Position numbers and translations under genes: made by a program | Assembly (NCBI RefSeq): GCF_009914755.1 | Contig: NC_060940.1 | Direction: 5' to 3' (one strand) | From: the human T2T-CHM13v2.0 reference genome, Homo sapiens | DNA length: 64,000 bases | Shown here: positions 55,101-64,000 of the stretch, one piece after another | Position numbering within the stretch: position 1 is the first letter of the stretch | How the letters are laid out: each line of letters opens with the position of its first letter | Notes under the pieces: generated by a model | What the model was told of the DNA's origin: nothing | Seen by the model: only the letters and a program-made list of their open reading frames with translations | The model's database searches: none

Positions 55101-55582
55101 GGGGCACAGCTCAAAGGGCTCTGGCCTCATCCCCTGATACCAACCACCATGGGGTTAATCCTGGGGTCGGTGAATTAGGGAAAGCCAGGTAGCCTCTGGG
55201 CAGCACAAGCCAGGAGCACTACTGTCCTATGGGTTAGGAGAGGCCCGGGGGAGTGGGTGCCAGACCGGGGCAGCATCACCTCCTACCCAGCTAGCCCGAA
55301 AGCTGGTGAACCGTGTGCACCCTCCCCATTGCACCGGTAAAGGGACAGATGCCCCTGCCAGCCCCAGGAGAGCACCTAGTCGCGCACACGGAGTCCCCAG
55401 GCACACCTCTGAAGGGGATACACGCTCATCCCTGTGGTGTAGTGTGGGGCTCCGACACGCCACCCCTACACTCCAGGCCGTGTACACACATCACACCGTG
55501 CCGGGCACGGGCGGCATCTGCACACCCGCCACATGTGTACGCGTTGATCACACACCAAACGCACCAGGGGGCTGCGCGTTCA

Positions 55583-56311
<729 letters not shown>

Positions 56312-56356
56312 TTAGCGAGCCGGCTCCGGCTAATACAAATATTTACTGTGCGGCTC

Positions 56357-56415
56357 TGACTCACCGCGCCTCGCCTCGCTCCGCCGGCGCCGCGGCATGC
56401 TGGGATATGTAGTCC
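56357..56415 (-). promoter_or_regulatory. UBALD1 proximal promoter: ZNF143/THAP11-type ACTACAnnTCCCAGCATGC motif and AP-1 site
   Basis: Reverse complement of 56395-56415 is GGACTACATATCCCAGCATGC; TGACTCA at 56357-56363. Confidence 0.8.
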
Positions 56416-56484
56416 CCACGGTGCGCCGGGCGCCCCGGGGGAGCGGGGCCGGCACCCTAGGGGACGCGAAGCCCGGGAAGGGGC

Positions 56485-57260
56485 GTGTCTGAGCACCGAG
56501 CGCCCGCTGTGCGGATGTCCGGGCCGTAACCCGAGCCGGGCGCGTCCACGTCGTCCTCGTTGCTCTCGGTGGCACCCGTGCCCCTGCTCTGGCACGGATG
56601 GGGGTCCGCTGGCGGGGGCCACGTCTGTGCATGGGCGCAAATGCCTGACCACAGGATCTTGGCCAAGGCCTGGGGACCGTGTCTGAACTGTGAGCGCCTA
56701 CTGTGTGTGGATGCCCGGGCCGTGACCAGGGTTAGGGGAGTCCACGTCGCCCTCGTTGCTCTGGGTGGCACCCGGCCCCTGCTCTGGCACGGATGGAGGT
56801 CCGCAGGCGGGGGCCTCAGGTTCGTGCATAGGCGTTTTTGCCAAGGCCCAGGAACGGTGTCTGAAAACTGAGTGCCTAATGTGTCCAGGCGCCTGAGCTG
56901 GGACCAGAGCCAGTCACGTCCACGTCGCCCTCGTTGCTCTCGGTGGCACCCACGCCCCTGCTCTGGCGGGAATTAGGAGCCCAGAGGCCGGGGCCACAGA
57001 TCTGTGCATGGGCGCAAACGCCAGGCCACAGACGTCTTTGCCATGCCCCGGGGACTGTGACTGAACGCTAAGTGCCTACTGTGCGCAGCTGTCCAGACCG
57101 TGACCAGAGCCAGGCACGTCCATGTCGCCCTCATTGCTCTCGGTGGCACCCGTGCCCCTGCTCTGGCACGAATTGGGGTCCCAAGGTGGGGCATACAGAT
57201 CTGTGCATGGGCGCAAACGCCGGGCCACAGGCGTCTTTGCTAAGACCTAGGGACCCTGAA
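56485..57260. repeat. Four diverged ~180-200 bp GC-rich tandem units upstream of UBALD1
   Basis: Core gtccaYgtcgYcctcRttgctctSggtggcaccc at 56544, 56740, 56918, 57118. Confidence 0.92.
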
Positions 57261-57659
57261 CCCCTCTGTGATTGGCATCGCTCTGTGTTAAATAGTAGGC
57301 ACGCCCTTAAGAGAGGGGTCTCTAGGAATTTTGGCCCAAATCGGCTGGTCTAGGCTGAAAGGCCCGGCACACTGTAGGCGCCGACAAATACTCGTTCAGT
57401 GAATGAATGAATGAGCCACTTAAAAGCTCCGCCGCACGTCACCGCCTGTAGCTAGCCTCCTAGCTCTCCTCACTCAATCTCTCATCGCCCACTCGTGGCA
57501 TGGGTCCTTCCTAGCCTGGCTCTGGGCCTGCCCCACTGTAGCCCCATGACCCTCTGGACGGCGCCTGGGACAGGCTGGCGGGGCCAGCAGCCTCTGGTGC
57601 TTCGGGGTCCCCCTCCCAGCAGTTCTCCCGCTTTCCCACGCAAAATCTCGTGCTCTTTG

Positions 57660-57970
57660 CCGGAAATCTCGGCCCTTAGCGGGCGGGCGCCAAGGCCCGG
57701 CAGAGCCAGTTCCGGAGCGGCCCCAAACTCCCTTTCCCAGAATGCCTCGGTTTATTTGCATCGTTTGGTCCCGGTGACGTCAGCTGAGTGAGGTCGTGCC
57801 TCGACCAATGGACAGCCTCGGGGTGTTAGGACCTGGCCATATAAGGTAAACAAAGCTGGTCGCCCAATGAAGAGGCGGCGGGGGCGGGCGCTGGGCCGGG
57901 GAGGCCGGGGGCGGAGCCGGGGGCGGGGCGACCGGGCGGTGTTTACAGACCGGCACATGGCGCTTCCGGT
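57660..57970 (+). promoter_or_regulatory. Motif-dense promoter (ETS, ZNF143/SPH, octamer, CRE, 2x CCAAT, CArG, 2x FOX, GC boxes, YY1, ETS)
   Basis: Consensus or near-consensus matches at the positions listed in findings. Confidence 0.8.
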
Positions 57971-58023
57971 TGACGTTGCTGACGGCTAGTGAGGCTTTAG
58001 CCCGCTTCGAGCGCCCGGGGGCG
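57950..58023 (+). other. MGRN1: Probable non-coding first exon, likely the distal MGRN1 start
   Basis: Follows promoter motifs and ends at GCG|GTAAGG donor; MGRN1 assignment from recalled gene order only; start approximate. Confidence 0.5.
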
Positions 58024-58262
58024 GTAAGGCGCGATCATAGCAGCTCTAGGTGACCTTGGTCCGGCTCCTTGCGCCCCCTGGCCCCAGCCTCCTTCGTTGA
58101 GACACTATTTGTTGAGTCTTTCCTCTTTTCCTGGCCCTGACCTAGCGTGGGGCGACAGAAGAGCAATAGCCGGGTGGGGGCTGTGAGAACGGCTGGGGTT
58201 GGGAGCGAATTTCGGAAACCCGGAGGACGAGTATAGCCTTGCAAGATGGAAAATGCCCTCCC

Positions 58263-59272
<1,010 letters not shown>

Positions 59273-60781
59273 ATGCCCTAGGGAGGCCGGCACTGGCCCT
59301 GGGGGTGAGTTAGGGGATACTGAAGTGTGTAAACAGATCTGATCCCTTGGACACGTTGGGATCACTGTGGCTGTGGCTGTGCTGGGATCAGATGGTGGTG
59401 GAGAGCTCCGGTCTGAACTAGGCGACGTTCTTGATGTGTCTGGTTCCAGGGGAGTCTGCCCTGCCTTCGGAATTGGATGGAATGGAGGGAATTGCCTCAA
59501 GCTGCGGCTCCTACCCGGGCCCCTCAAGCCTGACCAAGGACTCTCCCATTGGGTGGTGGGAGGAGGACAGTAGGGGAACTAGTGGACTGGACCTGAAATG
59601 TCCTGGGGTGGGAGGGTAGGGTGGTGGGGAAGGCTTGGGGCACTGAGATAGCGGAGAGGGCTGGGGAGGGAAGGGAGTCAGGGTGCAGTGGAGTTGGTCT
59701 CTGAGGGCTGGGGCTGGGAGCCTGGCCTATAGGCAAGGGGCGGACACTGAGTCTTGGCTTTTCCCAGGCAGGCACTTAGCCTCGGCAGAAGCCATCTGAC
59801 CACGGGAAATACAGTTTAAAATTCTTTCCTGCTGTTTGCGGATCACTTAGGGGCCACAGTATTTTGTAAACCCTGATGGTTCCAAGAGATGTTTGCTCTT
59901 GCTAAGAGTTGCTCCTTAACCTTTGCAAAGCTCATATGCATGAATTAATATGGGCAAAGTGCTCCATAGGGTAGGCCCACAGTAAAAACCAGCTCTGAAT
60001 ATGATTCCCGCTATAATAATTACCACTAGGACGACAACACAGTGTGGTAGAAGGTGGGCAGGTTCGGGAGCTAGACAGACCTGGGTGTCAGGCTTGACTC
60101 CGCTGCTTAATGACTTAATGCTTAATGTTGAGCGAGTTACCAGAGCTCTGGGCTTCACTTTCTCACTGGCGGGGCTGAGTTCTGGCCTCACTGCTGTGGA
60201 AGATTAATGCCTGTAAAATGCAGAGTGCAGGGCCTGGTGCTATTTGCACGGTTCTAGTGCTCTCACCTGTTTGCCTCCATCTGGACCACTCTGGGAAGCC
60301 CTAGCCCTATTTTACAGATAAAACTGAGGCTGGAATCCAGCCTTACCCTCTGACATTCAGAACCTGTGGAGAAGAGCGGGCACCCATGGTGCATTTCTGG
60401 CAAGGGAGGAGGGACACTGTCCCGGCAGGGCCCACTAAGGGCTTGCCTTGCATAGGGAGGCAGGAAGTGCCTTCACCCCTCCTTCCACCATCGTCCAGGT
60501 ACCACTCAGCTGCCTGCCCAGGCTTGCCCAGCTCAGGAGGATCTCTCTCAGGCCAGCAGGCTGGCAAGAGTTGGGCAGGTGGGGCTGGCAGAGTCAAAGG
60601 TCACCCTAGTGGTCTCCATGCAACCCCCTCACCCCCATCCCCTAAGCCAGCTTGTTTTTCCACGGGCAACAGGGAATTAAAAAACAACCTTGTTTTTAGC
60701 CAGGATTAGCCTGGTTGGAGAATGAACTTTGGATTCCTTAGCAGGCTGGGATGGAACCTGACAGCTGGGGCCAGCACCTAG

Positions 60782-64000
<3,219 letters not shown>

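Noticed and set aside
57734-58260. snRNA or type-3 Pol III gene suggested by adjacent SPH and octamer motifs
   Set aside because: No convincing PSE, snRNA body, 3' box or well-placed T-run terminator; CCAAT, GC boxes and a splice donor fit an mRNA-type promoter

Overview
Human (primate) genomic DNA, very Alu-dense, recognisable as the C16orf96-UBALD1-(MGRN1 upstream) locus at 16p13.3. The + strand carries 15 coding exons of C16orf96 (exon 1 lies upstream of the window). They splice GT-AG in frame from 13029 to a TGA at 41775 (1000 codons plus stop). The - strand carries the complete 3-exon UBALD1 CDS (177 aa). A CpG island holds the UBALD1 promoter, a 4 x ~195-bp tandem repeat and a second, motif-dense + strand promoter with a short first exon (probably the distal MGRN1 start). 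I found no new multi-gene system. The most unusual signals are retrotransposition and repair fossils: (i) an RBIS/C8orf59 retrocopy split into five pieces by four Alus, with a SUB1 retrocopy inside one Alu's tail; (ii) an Alu with a pre-tRNA-Gly(GCC)-like 3' fragment fused to its 5' end inside one target-site duplication (TSD); (iii) several templated-insertion scars in C16orf96 intron 1. All gene and family identifications rest on recalled sequences; no searches were run.
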